Origin: Candidatus Limnocylindria bacterium
GTDB lineage: Bacteria; Chloroflexota; Limnocylindria; Limnocylindrales; CSP1-4
Direction: 5' to 3'
DNA length: 64,000 nucleotides
Assembly: GCA_046566045.1 (NCBI GenBank)
Contig: JBKHXL010000066.1
Coordinates: 26,985-90,984 of the forward strand
The translations under genes were made by a program, and so were the position numbers. Positions 9,919 through 18,593 of this stretch are shown one piece after another. Every line of letters begins with the position of its first letter. The stretch's first letter is position 1. The notes below the pieces were generated by a model. It did no database searches. It had not been told where the DNA came from and saw nothing but the letters and a program-made list of their open reading frames with translations.

Positions 9919-11994
9919 GTGACCGACGCCGGGCGATCCGCCAGCCAGCCGCGCTTCGCCGTCGACGTGACGTGGGACCTCGCCGTCCCGGCCCGCGACG
10001 GCACGCGGCTGTCGGCCAACCTCTGGCGGCCGCGCACCGCCGAGCCCGTGCCGGCCATCCTCGAGCTGATCCCGTACGGCAAGGACAACTGGCGGCGCGC
10101 GACCGACGAGGCGCACGGGCGCTGGTTCGCGGAGCGCGGCTACGCGCTGTGCCGGCTCGATGTCCGGGGGACCGGGTCGTCCGGCGGGGTGGCCCTCGAC
10201 GAGTACAGCGCCGACGAGACGCGCGACGGCTACGACGCCGTCGAGTGGCTGGCCGAGCAGCCATGGTGCGATGGCAGCATCGGCATGTGGGGCATCAGCT
10301 ACGGCGGCTTCACGGCCATCCAGGTCGCCGCCATGCGGCCGCCGCACCTTCGCGCCATCGTGCCGGTCATGGCGACCGACGACCGCTACCTCGACGACGT
10401 CCACTACCGGGGCGGCTGCGTCACGGTCAGCGAGCTGTCGCAGTACGCGGTGAGCCAGGTGGCGATGAACGCGATGCCACCCGACGCCGGGTCCCGTGGG
10501 CCGGGCTGGCGCGACGACTGGCGGGCGCGCCTGGAGGCGACGTCGCCATGGCTGTTCACGTGGCTGCGCGAGCAGACCGACGGGCCGTACTGGCGCCGGG
10601 GCTCCCTCGCGCCGCACTACGACGCGATCGAGGCGGCCATCCTCAACGTCGGCGGCTGGCAGGACTCGTACGTGGATCCCGCCTTCCGGATGCAGGCGCG
10701 CTGCGCGGCGCCCTCGCACACGCTCGTCGGTCCGTGGCACCACAGCTGGCCGCATGACGCCGAGCCCGGTCCCAACCTGGACGGGCTGCACGAGTTCCTG
10801 CGCTTCTTCGACCGCCATCTGCGGGGCGAAGCCAACGGCTGGGACGAGGAGCCGCCGGTCGTCTGGTTCGAGCGCGACTGGTCGCCGCCGGAGCCGTTCC
10901 CCAGGGCGGTGGCGGGTCGCTGGCGGGCGGCCAGCGCGTACCCGCACCCCGAGACCCGGACGCTCGCGCTGGCGCTCGGCGACGCGACCCTCGGCCCCGA
11001 CCCGGTCGAGGGCGCGGACCGATTCCGGCACCGCCCCACGGCCGGCACCCGCGGACCGCTGTCGTGGGGATCGGGCGGTCCACCCAACGGCCTGGCCCGG
11101 GACCTGCGCCCGGACGAGGCCGCCGGCCCGACCTACACGACGGAGCCGCTGCCCGGGGCGGTCGAGGTGCTCGGGGTCCCGGAGGTGGTCCTCCACGTCT
11201 CGGTCGACGCGCCGGTCGCCACGCTGACCGTCCGGCTGGGCGACGTCGCCCCCGACGGGACGGTGGCGCTGGTCAGCGCCGGCGTGCTGAACCTGACCCA
11301 TCGCCGCTCGCACGCGACACCCGAACCGTTGCCGCCGGGCGCCGTCGAGGCCGTCATCGTCCCGCTCCGGACGGCCGGCTACCGCTGGGCCGCGGGCCAC
11401 CGGATCCGGGTCGCCGTCGCCTCGTCGCTGTGGCCGGTGATCTGGCCCTCCCCGTATCCCGCCACGCTGACGATCCACCGCGGACCCACCACGCCGTCCC
11501 GGCTCGAGCTGCCGGTCATCCCGGCGGCCGGGGGTCCGGGCGACGCCGCCGTCCCGCCGTTCCGCCTCGAACCGCCGGCGCTGGAGCGGCCCGTCGCCGA
11601 CCCACTCGACGGAGGTCCGCCGGGGCGCGACGACGAGCCGGTCTGGCGCGTCGAGGAGGACGTCATCGCCGGGACGGTCACCGTCCACATCCACGGCGGC
11701 GGGGAGGCGATCGTCCCGGACGGCCGTCGTCTGTACGCGGCGGAGACCCTGCGGATGACCGCCGCGGACGCGGATCCGGCCCACGCCTCGCTCGATGCCG
11801 ACGTCGTCTACCGCTGGCAGGAGTTCGACCCGGCGCGCGGCGGCGCCCTGACGCCCATCGAGATCCGTGCGGTCGCCCGCCAGACGAGCGACGTCGAGGC
11901 GTTCGAGCTCGAGGTCGACCTCCGGGTCGAGCTGGACGGCGAGCGGTTCTTCGAGCGCGCGTGGTCGGAGCGCATCCCCCGCCGGCTGGTCTGA
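9919..11994 (+). CDS. CocE/NonD family hydrolase (X-Pro dipeptidyl-peptidase S15-like)
   Basis: LDVRGTGSSGG, the nucleophile elbow GISYGG, and a long C-terminal beta-sandwich-type region. GTG start. Confidence 0.85.
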   Translation: MTDAGRSASQPRFAVDVTWDLAVPARDGTRLSANLWRPRTAEPVPAILELIPYGKDNWRRATDEAHGRWFAERGYALCRLDVRGTGSSGGVALDEYSADETRDGYDAVEWLAEQPWCDGSIGMWGISYGGFTAIQVAAMRPPHLRAIVPVMATDDRYLDDVHYRGGCVTVSELSQYAVSQVAMNAMPPDAGSRGPGWRDDWRARLEATSPWLFTWLREQTDGPYWRRGSLAPHYDAIEAAILNVGGWQDSYVDPAFRMQARCAAPSHTLVGPWHHSWPHDAEPGPNLDGLHEFLRFFDRHLRGEANGWDEEPPVVWFERDWSPPEPFPRAVAGRWRAASAYPHPETRTLALALGDATLGPDPVEGADRFRHRPTAGTRGPLSWGSGGPPNGLARDLRPDEAAGPTYTTEPLPGAVEVLGVPEVVLHVSVDAPVATLTVRLGDVAPDGTVALVSAGVLNLTHRRSHATPEPLPPGAVEAVIVPLRTAGYRWAAGHRIRVAVASSLWPVIWPSPYPATLTIHRGPTTPSRLELPVIPAAGGPGDAAVPPFRLEPPALERPVADPLDGGPPGRDDEPVWRVEEDVIAGTVTVHIHGGGEAIVPDGRRLYAAETLRMTAADADPAHASLDADVVYRWQEFDPARGGALTPIEIRAVARQTSDVEAFELEVDLRVELDGERFFERAWSERIPRRLV

Positions 11995-12003
11995 GCGACG
12001 GGC

Positions 12004-13515
12004 CTACCCGAGCAGCGGGCCAACCGCCGCGGCGATCGCCGCCCGCGTCGCGTCGGTGTCGTAGCGCAGGAGCGGATCGGGCTCCAGCGTGACCTCCTGG
12101 CGCCGGCCGTCGCGCTGGACGTACAGGACCGGGTAGATGGCCCCGCTCCCGTCGGCCTCGAGCGTCACCGCCACGCCGTCGGCCCGGTGGTCGTCGAGCA
12201 GGTGCGTGAGCGGCTGGACGCCGTCGTCCACCAGGCCGAGCTCGGGATCGCGCGTCACGGCCCAGGCGAGGTAGCCCTTCTGGTGGAACAGCTCGGGCGA
12301 TTCGGCGAGCTCGATGGCGATCCGCCCGACGAGGTCGGCGGCCGCGATCGGCGGCCGCGATCGGACGACGCCGAAGCGCGAGGCGGCGATGTGGCCGGCC
12401 AGCAGGCGGGCGTTGTAGCGCGCGCCGTGGACCGCGCCCGAGTTGCTCGGCATGCCGTGCTTGCCCAGGCCCTTGGACCCCTGGCCGATCGTCCCGGCGA
12501 AGAAGATCCCGGGTACGGCCTGGCTCTCCCACCACGGCGTCTGGGCCGGGAGCCGGCTCGCCCCGAACGTGGTCACGCCCAGGTCCGGCAGGTCGAGCAG
12601 GGGCGACACGAACCCGGTCGCCGAGATGACGTCGTCGACCTCGATCGCGAGGTCCGCCCCGCCGTCCGAGCGGCGGACGTGGACGAGCAGCGCGCCGTCG
12701 CCGGACGGTTCGATGCGATCGATCGACGCGTCGAGGATGGCCACCCCGCCGCCCAGCACGTGGTCCTCGAACGGCTGGACGTAGCGAGCCCGGACGCCGA
12801 CCAGCGAGCGGGTGTCCACCGACAGCTTGGCACGCGACGGCGACGCCAGCACGAGCTGGCGCGCCCACGGCAGGAGGCCGCTGGCCAGCTCGAAGCCGGA
12901 GTTCTGCTTGCCCACGATGAACACCCGGCGACCCGCGTAGGTGGGGGCCGAGCGGACGTCCGCGTAGTGGTGGGCGTGCTCCATGCCCGGGCCGGGCGGC
13001 GTGTACGGCTCGGCCACGCCCACGGCCACGACCAGCACCTCGCAGCGATAGGTCCCGTCGGTCGTCTCGACCACGAACCGCTCCCCATCCGGGCCGGCCT
13101 CGCGCCGTGTCCCGGTCCACGTGCAGCCGTAGCGCACCGGCAGACCGGTCCGCTCGACGAACGCCGCCAGGTTCGCCTCCATCTCCGGTCTCGACGGGAA
13201 GTACGAGGTGCCGTCCATCAGCTCGGGCTGGATGGCCCGGGCGGCCGGGTCGTCGGTCAGCAGGCTGTTCCAGTCGTAGCGCTCGTAGGCGCGCGACCCG
13301 CGCTCGACGGGCGCGTGCGGCTTGGTCCACGACAGCAGACGCTGGAAGAACGGCCAGCGGCGGAACATCCCGCCCGGTCCCGGGTCGGACGAGATGGTGG
13401 CGTGGGCCACGCCGAGGGCGCGCAGCGACGACGAGACCTGCAGGCCGCCGGGGCCCGATCCGATGACGACGACCGGGTAGTCGCCCGGTGGGAACGGCGG
13501 GATCAGCTCCGCCAT
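12004..13515 (-). CDS. FAD/NAD(P)-binding oxidoreductase (pyridine-nucleotide-disulfide / flavin-monooxygenase-like), 503 aa
   Basis: Two dinucleotide-binding motifs (VVVIGSGPGG and VFIVGKQNSGFE). Start is MAELIPP at 13515, 13 nt inside the upstream cNMP-binding gene. Confidence 0.75.
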   Translation of the reverse strand: MAELIPPFPPGDYPVVVIGSGPGGLQVSSSLRALGVAHATISSDPGPGGMFRRWPFFQRLLSWTKPHAPVERGSRAYERYDWNSLLTDDPAARAIQPELMDGTSYFPSRPEMEANLAAFVERTGLPVRYGCTWTGTRREAGPDGERFVVETTDGTYRCEVLVVAVGVAEPYTPPGPGMEHAHHYADVRSAPTYAGRRVFIVGKQNSGFELASGLLPWARQLVLASPSRAKLSVDTRSLVGVRARYVQPFEDHVLGGGVAILDASIDRIEPSGDGALLVHVRRSDGGADLAIEVDDVISATGFVSPLLDLPDLGVTTFGASRLPAQTPWWESQAVPGIFFAGTIGQGSKGLGKHGMPSNSGAVHGARYNARLLAGHIAASRFGVVRSRPPIAAADLVGRIAIELAESPELFHQKGYLAWAVTRDPELGLVDDGVQPLTHLLDDHRADGVAVTLEADGSGAIYPVLYVQRDGRRQEVTLEPDPLLRYDTDATRAAIAAAVGPLLG

Positions 13516-13925
13516 CGGTTCGCGGCTCGCAGGCGGCGCGCCTGTGCCTGGAGCATCCGGTACATCACCCGCGGGTGGTCCACGAGGAACGCCTCGACGG
13601 CCGGGCCGGCCAGGACGAGGCAGCGCAGCGGTCGGGCCGCCACCACGTCGGCGATGGGCGCCTCGCCGAGCAGGATGGAGACCTCGCCGAAGAAGTCGCC
13701 CCGTCCCAGGTGCGCCCGATCCTGGCCGTCCACCTGGACGACCGCTTCGCCGTCCACGATGACGTGGAACGCCGACCCGCTCAGCCCCTGGCGCAGGACC
13801 CGCTCCCCCTCCGCGTAGGCGACCTCCTCGAAGGTATGAGCGATGCGCGCGAGCTGTGGCGAGGTCAGGTCGGCGAACAGGCCGAAACCGGCGATCGCGT
13901 CGATCAGCTCCTCGCGTCCGGGCAT
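13503..13925 (-). CDS. stand-alone cyclic-nucleotide-binding (CNB) domain protein, 140 aa, degenerate phosphate-binding cassette
   Basis: CNB fold signature GDFFGEVSILLGEAPIADVVA. The usual PR[ST]A arginine is Ile here. Confidence 0.85.
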   Translation of the reverse strand: MPGREELIDAIAGFGLFADLTSPQLARIAHTFEEVAYAEGERVLRQGLSGSAFHVIVDGEAVVQVDGQDRAHLGRGDFFGEVSILLGEAPIADVVAARPLRCLVLAGPAVEAFLVDHPRVMYRMLQAQARRLRAANRWRS

Positions 13926-13965
13926 GCGCCCATGGTGCCATGCTGGCCCAGTGCGCGGAAGCCCG

Positions 13966-14003
13966 CGGCGGACGCGGTCCGCTCACCGGCGGACGCGGTC
14001 CGC
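13966..14003. promoter_or_regulatory. two identical 17-nt palindrome-containing boxes (candidate operators) between the divergent CNB genes
   Basis: CGGCGGACGCGGTCCGC occurs at 13966-13982 and 13987-14003 (21-nt register). Each copy contains the perfect palindrome GCGGAC-GCG-GTCCGC. Confidence 0.5.
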
Positions 14004-14035
14004 CTTGACGCTCGGGCGGGCACGGCGCAGCATCC

Positions 14036-14488
14036 ATGCCATTCGAGCTGGAGGACCGCATGACCATCACCACCGATCGCCGGACGGCGCTGCTCGCCGC
14101 GACCCCGTTGTTCGCGGCCGTCGATCCCGACGGCCTCGAGCGCATCGCGGCGCGGACGGTCGACGTCGACTTCCCGAGCGGCCACGTCATCGCCCGCCAG
14201 GGCGAGATCGGGACCGGCTTCTTCCTCGTCGTCAGCGGCCAGGTCCGTGTGGTGCGCGGGGGCGAGACCGTGGCCACGCTGGGACCCGGTGAGTTCTTCG
14301 GCGAGCTGTCGATCCTCGACGGCAAGCCCCGGACCGCCCAGGTGGTGGCCGCCGAGCCGACCGTCTGCCTCGCCCTCGCCTCGTGGGACTTCGAGGCGAT
14401 CGTGGCGGAGCAGCCGGCCGTCGCCCTGGCCGTGCTGCGCGGCCTGGCCACCCGCCTGCGCTCCCTGACGGAGGCGCACCACCACTGA
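14036..14488 (+). CDS. stand-alone cyclic-nucleotide-binding (CNB) domain protein, ~142-150 aa
   Basis: Canonical cassette GEFFGELSILDGKPRTAQVVA. An alternative ATG lies at 14060. Confidence 0.85.
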   Translation: MPFELEDRMTITTDRRTALLAATPLFAAVDPDGLERIAARTVDVDFPSGHVIARQGEIGTGFFLVVSGQVRVVRGGETVATLGPGEFFGELSILDGKPRTAQVVAAEPTVCLALASWDFEAIVAEQPAVALAVLRGLATRLRSLTEAHHH

Positions 14489-14510
14489 CCCGGAGGCCGA
14501 GGAGCACGCC

Positions 14511-17276
14511 ATGGACGGTGCGGCCGATCGGCCGAGCGGGACGGTCACCTGCCTGTTCACCGATATCGAGGGATCGACCCGGCTCGAGCTCGATATCGGG
14601 ACGGGTCCCTACCGGACCATCCGCGAGCGCCATCGGGAGCTGCTCCGGGCGGCGTTCTCGAGCCACTTCGGCCACGAGCAGGGCACCGAGGGCGACTCGT
14701 TCTTCGTGATCTTCCCGCGGGCGACCGACGCCGTCGCCGCCGCCGTGGCCGGCCAGCGCGCCCTGGCCGCCGAGCCGTGGCCGGACGGGATCGCCGTGCG
14801 CGTGCGCATGGGCCTGCACACCGGCGACGTCGAGCGTGTCGGCGACGACGTCATCGGGCACGCCATCAACCGGGCGGCCCGCATCAGTGCCGCGGCCCAT
14901 GGCGGCCAGGTCCTCGTCTCGAGGGCGACCCGCGCGCTGGTCGAGGACGTCCTGCCCGCGGGCGTCACCTGGCGCGACCTCGGGGAGCACCGGCTGAAGG
15001 ACCTGCGCGAGCCGGAGCGCCTCAGCCAGCTCGTCATCGAGGGCCTCGACGACCGGTTCCCGCCGCCGCGCACGCTCGACGCGCGGCCCAACAACCTGCC
15101 CACCCAGCTGACCAGCTTCATCGGGCGCGAGCGGGAAGTGGCCGAGGTCGGGGCCCTGCTCGACGGGGCGCGCCTGGTCTCGCTCATCGGGCCGGGCGGC
15201 ACGGGCAAGACCCGCCTGTCGCTGCAGGTCGCGGCGGACGTCGCCGAGCGCTTCCCGGACGGGGTCTGGTTCGTCGCCCTCGACGCCGTCCGCGACCCGG
15301 CCCTGGTCGTCGCGACGGTCGCCCGGACGATGGGCCTGGCCGAGATCGGGGCGCGCAGTGCGCTCGACGTGGTCGCCGACGCGGTGGGCGCCGGCGCGGT
15401 GCTCCTCGTCCTCGACAACGTCGAGCAGGTCGTGGACGCCGGCCCCGACATCGCCGAGCTGCTGCGCCGCTGCCCGAACCTGCGCGTCCTGGTCACGACG
15501 CGCATCGCCCTGCGCGTCTCCGGGGAGCAGCAGTACCCCGTGCCGGGCCTGCCGGCTCCTCCCGACCCGAGCCGGCTGTCGGCGATGGACCGGCAGAACC
15601 TGGCCCCCGAGCTGCGCGAGGCCGATCCCGCCACCATCGGGTCGTTCGAGGCGGTCCGCCTGTTCGTCACCCGCGCCGCCGCCATCCGGCCCGGCTTCGC
15701 GGTGACCGCGGCCAACGCCGCGGCCGTGTCGGCCATCGCCGCGCGCCTGCACGGCATGCCGCTCGCCATCGAGCTCGCCGCGGCCCGCATCAAGCTGCTC
15801 AGCCCGGACCAGATCCTGGGGCGCCTCGATCACCACCTGGCCGTGCTGAGCGCCGGGTCACGGGACCTGCCGGAGCGGCAGCAGACGCTGCGCGGCGCCA
15901 TCGCCTGGAGCTACGAGCTGCTGGACGACGGGGCCAAGCTCCTGCTCGACCGGCTGTCCACGTTCCGCGGCGGGTTCACCCTGGAGCTGGCCGAGACGGT
16001 GTGCGGGCCGGCGAGCGACATCGGCGGCGACATCGTGGAGCGCATCGGCGAGCTCGTGGACCAGAGCCTCATCCGGCATGACCGGGATACGGCGGACGAT
16101 GGGGACCCCGACGTGGAGCCGCGCTGCGCGATGCTCGAGACCATCCGGGAGTACGCCGCCGAGATGCTCGAGGCGCGCGGCGAGACCGACGCGCTGGCCC
16201 GGCGCCATGCCACGGCCGTGCTGGCCATCGCCGAGGCGGCCGTGCCCCACCTGCGCGGACCCGAACAGCGACGCTGGCTCGACCGCCTGGAGCGCGAGCA
16301 CGACAACATCCGGGCCGCCATCGAGTGGGCGACCGACCGGCCCGTGCCGGACCTCGCCGTGCGCCTGGGCGTGGCCAGCTGGCGGTTCTGGCAGCAGCGC
16401 GGCTACCTCAAGGAGGCTCGCGCCCGGCTCGAGCGGATGGCCGAGCAGGGCTGGGACCTCGAACCGCTCGACCGGGCCCACTTCGCCGAGGCGCTCGGCG
16501 GGGTCGTGTACTGGCAGTCGGACCACGCTGCGGCGGTCCGCTGGTACGACGAGGCGCTGGCCATCCACGAGCGCCTGGGCGACCGGGCCGAGATCGCCAA
16601 CGCCCTGTACAACCGGGCCTACGCCGACATGGTCGCGCTGATGGACCGGACGGCGTCGAGGAAGGACCTGGAGCACGGTCGGGAGCTGATGGAGCGGGGC
16701 CTCGCGCTGTACCGGGAGCTCGGCGACACCGGCGGTGAGGGCAACCTCCTGTGGGGCCTCGGCAGCTTCGAGTTCTTCACCGGCGCCCCCGCTGCGGCCG
16801 AGGGCTGGTACCGCCGCTCACTCGACCTGCACCGGGCCGCCGGCGACCACACCATGGAAGCCTGGTCGCTCCACATGCTCGCCCTCGCCCAGGCCGGGCA
16901 GCGCCACTGGGCCGAGGCTGGCACGAACGCGCGGCACGCCCTCCGCCACTTCCGCGACGCGGGCGACATCGCCGGGGTCACGCTCGTCCTCGACGACCTC
17001 GCGCTGGTCGCCGTGGCCGACGGTGACGAGGAGCGGGCCGGCCGCCTGTGGGGCGCCGCGCGGCGGCTCCAGTCGGCCACCGGCGCCGCCGTGGGCGACT
17101 ACATCGACACCAACAAGGACCTGCTCGGCGTGGCCACCCCGCCGGACGTGATCGAGCCGGCACGCCTGGAGCAGTTCGCCGCCGAGGGGTCGGCGATGGG
17201 GCTCGACGAGCTGGTCGACTACGCGCTGGCCGGCGATGATGGGGGCCTGCACGAGCCGCACCCGGAGGCGCCATGA
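14511..17276 (+). CDS. class III nucleotidyl cyclase - STAND (NB-ARC-like) NTPase - TPR protein, 921 aa
   Basis: Cyclase motifs FTDIEGST, GDSFFVIF, GHAINRAARI. P-loop GPGGTGKTRL and Walker B VLLVLDNVEQ. C-terminal TPR-like repeats (ALYNRAYADM, EGNLLWGLGSFEFFTG, EAWSLHMLALAQAG). No LuxR-type HTH seen. Confidence 0.9.
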   Translation: MDGAADRPSGTVTCLFTDIEGSTRLELDIGTGPYRTIRERHRELLRAAFSSHFGHEQGTEGDSFFVIFPRATDAVAAAVAGQRALAAEPWPDGIAVRVRMGLHTGDVERVGDDVIGHAINRAARISAAAHGGQVLVSRATRALVEDVLPAGVTWRDLGEHRLKDLREPERLSQLVIEGLDDRFPPPRTLDARPNNLPTQLTSFIGREREVAEVGALLDGARLVSLIGPGGTGKTRLSLQVAADVAERFPDGVWFVALDAVRDPALVVATVARTMGLAEIGARSALDVVADAVGAGAVLLVLDNVEQVVDAGPDIAELLRRCPNLRVLVTTRIALRVSGEQQYPVPGLPAPPDPSRLSAMDRQNLAPELREADPATIGSFEAVRLFVTRAAAIRPGFAVTAANAAAVSAIAARLHGMPLAIELAAARIKLLSPDQILGRLDHHLAVLSAGSRDLPERQQTLRGAIAWSYELLDDGAKLLLDRLSTFRGGFTLELAETVCGPASDIGGDIVERIGELVDQSLIRHDRDTADDGDPDVEPRCAMLETIREYAAEMLEARGETDALARRHATAVLAIAEAAVPHLRGPEQRRWLDRLEREHDNIRAAIEWATDRPVPDLAVRLGVASWRFWQQRGYLKEARARLERMAEQGWDLEPLDRAHFAEALGGVVYWQSDHAAAVRWYDEALAIHERLGDRAEIANALYNRAYADMVALMDRTASRKDLEHGRELMERGLALYRELGDTGGEGNLLWGLGSFEFFTGAPAAAEGWYRRSLDLHRAAGDHTMEAWSLHMLALAQAGQRHWAEAGTNARHALRHFRDAGDIAGVTLVLDDLALVAVADGDEERAGRLWGAARRLQSATGAAVGDYIDTNKDLLGVATPPDVIEPARLEQFAAEGSAMGLDELVDYALAGDDGGLHEPHPEAP

Positions 17277-17695
17277 CCGCCGCGATCCCACCCATCGACC
17301 GCATCGTCGCGGTCCCGGTCCGCGCTGCGACGGCGTGGGCGGCCATCACCGACCCTGATCGCATCGCGGAGTGGTTCACCGACGCGTCGCCGCTCGGCCG
17401 GCCGGGCGACGCCTACCGCCTCGACTTCGGCGACGGCAGCGTGGTCGAGGGCGAGGTCGTCGCGGTCGAGCCTCGCCGCTCGTTCGCCCACACGTGGCAC
17501 TGGGCCGGAGCCCCCGACAGCGAGACGACGACCGTCCGCTGGTCGGTCGAGGCATCCGGCGAGGGGGCCACCATCCGGCTGGTCCACGACGGTTGGGCGG
17601 AGGCGGGCCTGGACCGCCAGGCACGCGACGACCACGACGACTACTGGGTGGGCTACGTGGAGGATCTCGAGGCGGTCCTGCGCGGCCAGCGATGA
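17273..17695 (+). CDS. SRPBCC/AHSA1-like small ligand-binding protein
   Basis: 140 aa. IVAVPVRAATAWAAITDPDRIAEWF pattern. ATGA overlap with the cyclase gene. Confidence 0.7.
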   Translation: MTAAIPPIDRIVAVPVRAATAWAAITDPDRIAEWFTDASPLGRPGDAYRLDFGDGSVVEGEVVAVEPRRSFAHTWHWAGAPDSETTTVRWSVEASGEGATIRLVHDGWAEAGLDRQARDDHDDYWVGYVEDLEAVLRGQR

Positions 17696-17732
17696 CCGGC
17701 CGGCCCGGCCCGCGTCGGACGGCCGCTCGGGC

Positions 17733-17738
17733 TAGACT
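17733..17738 (+). promoter_or_regulatory. possible -10 element (TAGACT) for a near-leaderless thyX transcript
   Basis: TANNNT hexamer 9 nt upstream of the ATG at 17748. No Shine-Dalgarno sequence is evident. Speculative. Confidence 0.25.
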
Positions 17739-17747
17739 GGCGCTCCG

Positions 17748-18584
17748 ATGAACGAGAAGACCGGCATCCCGAAGAACCCCGGGCGACGCGAGCTCGGCAT
17801 GTCCGCGACGCTGCTCTTCCCGAACCGCGAGATCGTCGAGCAGTACTACGTGCCGGTCATCTACACGGCCTGCCGCACGTGCTACTCGGAGGAGGCCCCG
17901 GAGTCGATCTTCCGACGAGCGGTCGACGGCGACTTCGACCAGCACAAGATGCAGAAGCTCATCTCCTCGGTCATCGAGAGCGGCCACGGCTCGACCATCG
18001 AGCACATCGTCTTCACCTTCGCCATCACCGGCGTCTCGCGCACGCTGTCGCACCAGCTCGTGCGCCATCGCGCGGGCGTGGCGTTCGACCAGCAGAGCCA
18101 GCGCTACGTGAAGTACAAGGGCGCGGCGACGATGCTCCCCCACTCCATCGCCGAGGGCGACCCGGACCTGCGTGCCCGCTACGAGGCGCAGGTCGATGGC
18201 GCGCTCGACCTGTACGGCGAGATGGTCGGCGCGGGCGTGCCCGGCGAGGACGCCCGCTTCGTCTTCCCCAACGGCACGCGCACGAACCTGGTCATGACCA
18301 CCAACCTGCGGGCGCTCATCCACATGTCCGGGCTGCGCCTGTGCACCATGGCCCAGTGGGAGATCCGCCGGCTGTTCCAGCTCATCCGCCACGAGATCTT
18401 CGGCGTGTCGCCGTTCCTCGGCTCGTTCCTCGCGCCCAAGTGCGTCCCGCTGGGCTACTGCGACGAGTTCAACAACCGCGACGGGCACTGCCCCATCCGG
18501 CCGCACAAGGACCGGGTCCTGGAGGCGTGGCAGGAGAAGGCGACCGCCGCCCGGGCCGCCGGGCGGGAACTGCGCCAGGTCTGA
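17748..18584 (+). CDS. thyX: FAD-dependent thymidylate synthase
   Basis: ThyX motif LVRHRAGVAFDQQSQRY, and HGSTIEHIVFTFAI. Confidence 0.9.
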   Translation: MNEKTGIPKNPGRRELGMSATLLFPNREIVEQYYVPVIYTACRTCYSEEAPESIFRRAVDGDFDQHKMQKLISSVIESGHGSTIEHIVFTFAITGVSRTLSHQLVRHRAGVAFDQQSQRYVKYKGAATMLPHSIAEGDPDLRARYEAQVDGALDLYGEMVGAGVPGEDARFVFPNGTRTNLVMTTNLRALIHMSGLRLCTMAQWEIRRLFQLIRHEIFGVSPFLGSFLAPKCVPLGYCDEFNNRDGHCPIRPHKDRVLEAWQEKATAARAAGRELRQV

Positions 18585-18593
18585 CCGGCGGGT

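Noticed and set aside
12004-14451. An 815-aa ORF that would fuse the flavoprotein with an N-terminal extension.
   Set aside because: The N-terminal ~312 aa are low-complexity. They overlap the bona fide CNB gene (13503-13925, different frame) and the opposite-strand CNB gene. The internal start MAELIPP, followed by the GSGPGG motif, is the credible beginning.
12004-17276. Classifying the cyclase/CNB cluster as a Pycsar- or CBASS-type antiphage system.
   Set aside because: The CNB proteins lack any TIR, TM or nuclease effector domain, and there is no CD-NTase. Cyclase-ATPase-TPR proteins are widespread signalling proteins in actinobacteria. I keep it as an unusual signalling module, not a recognised defence system.
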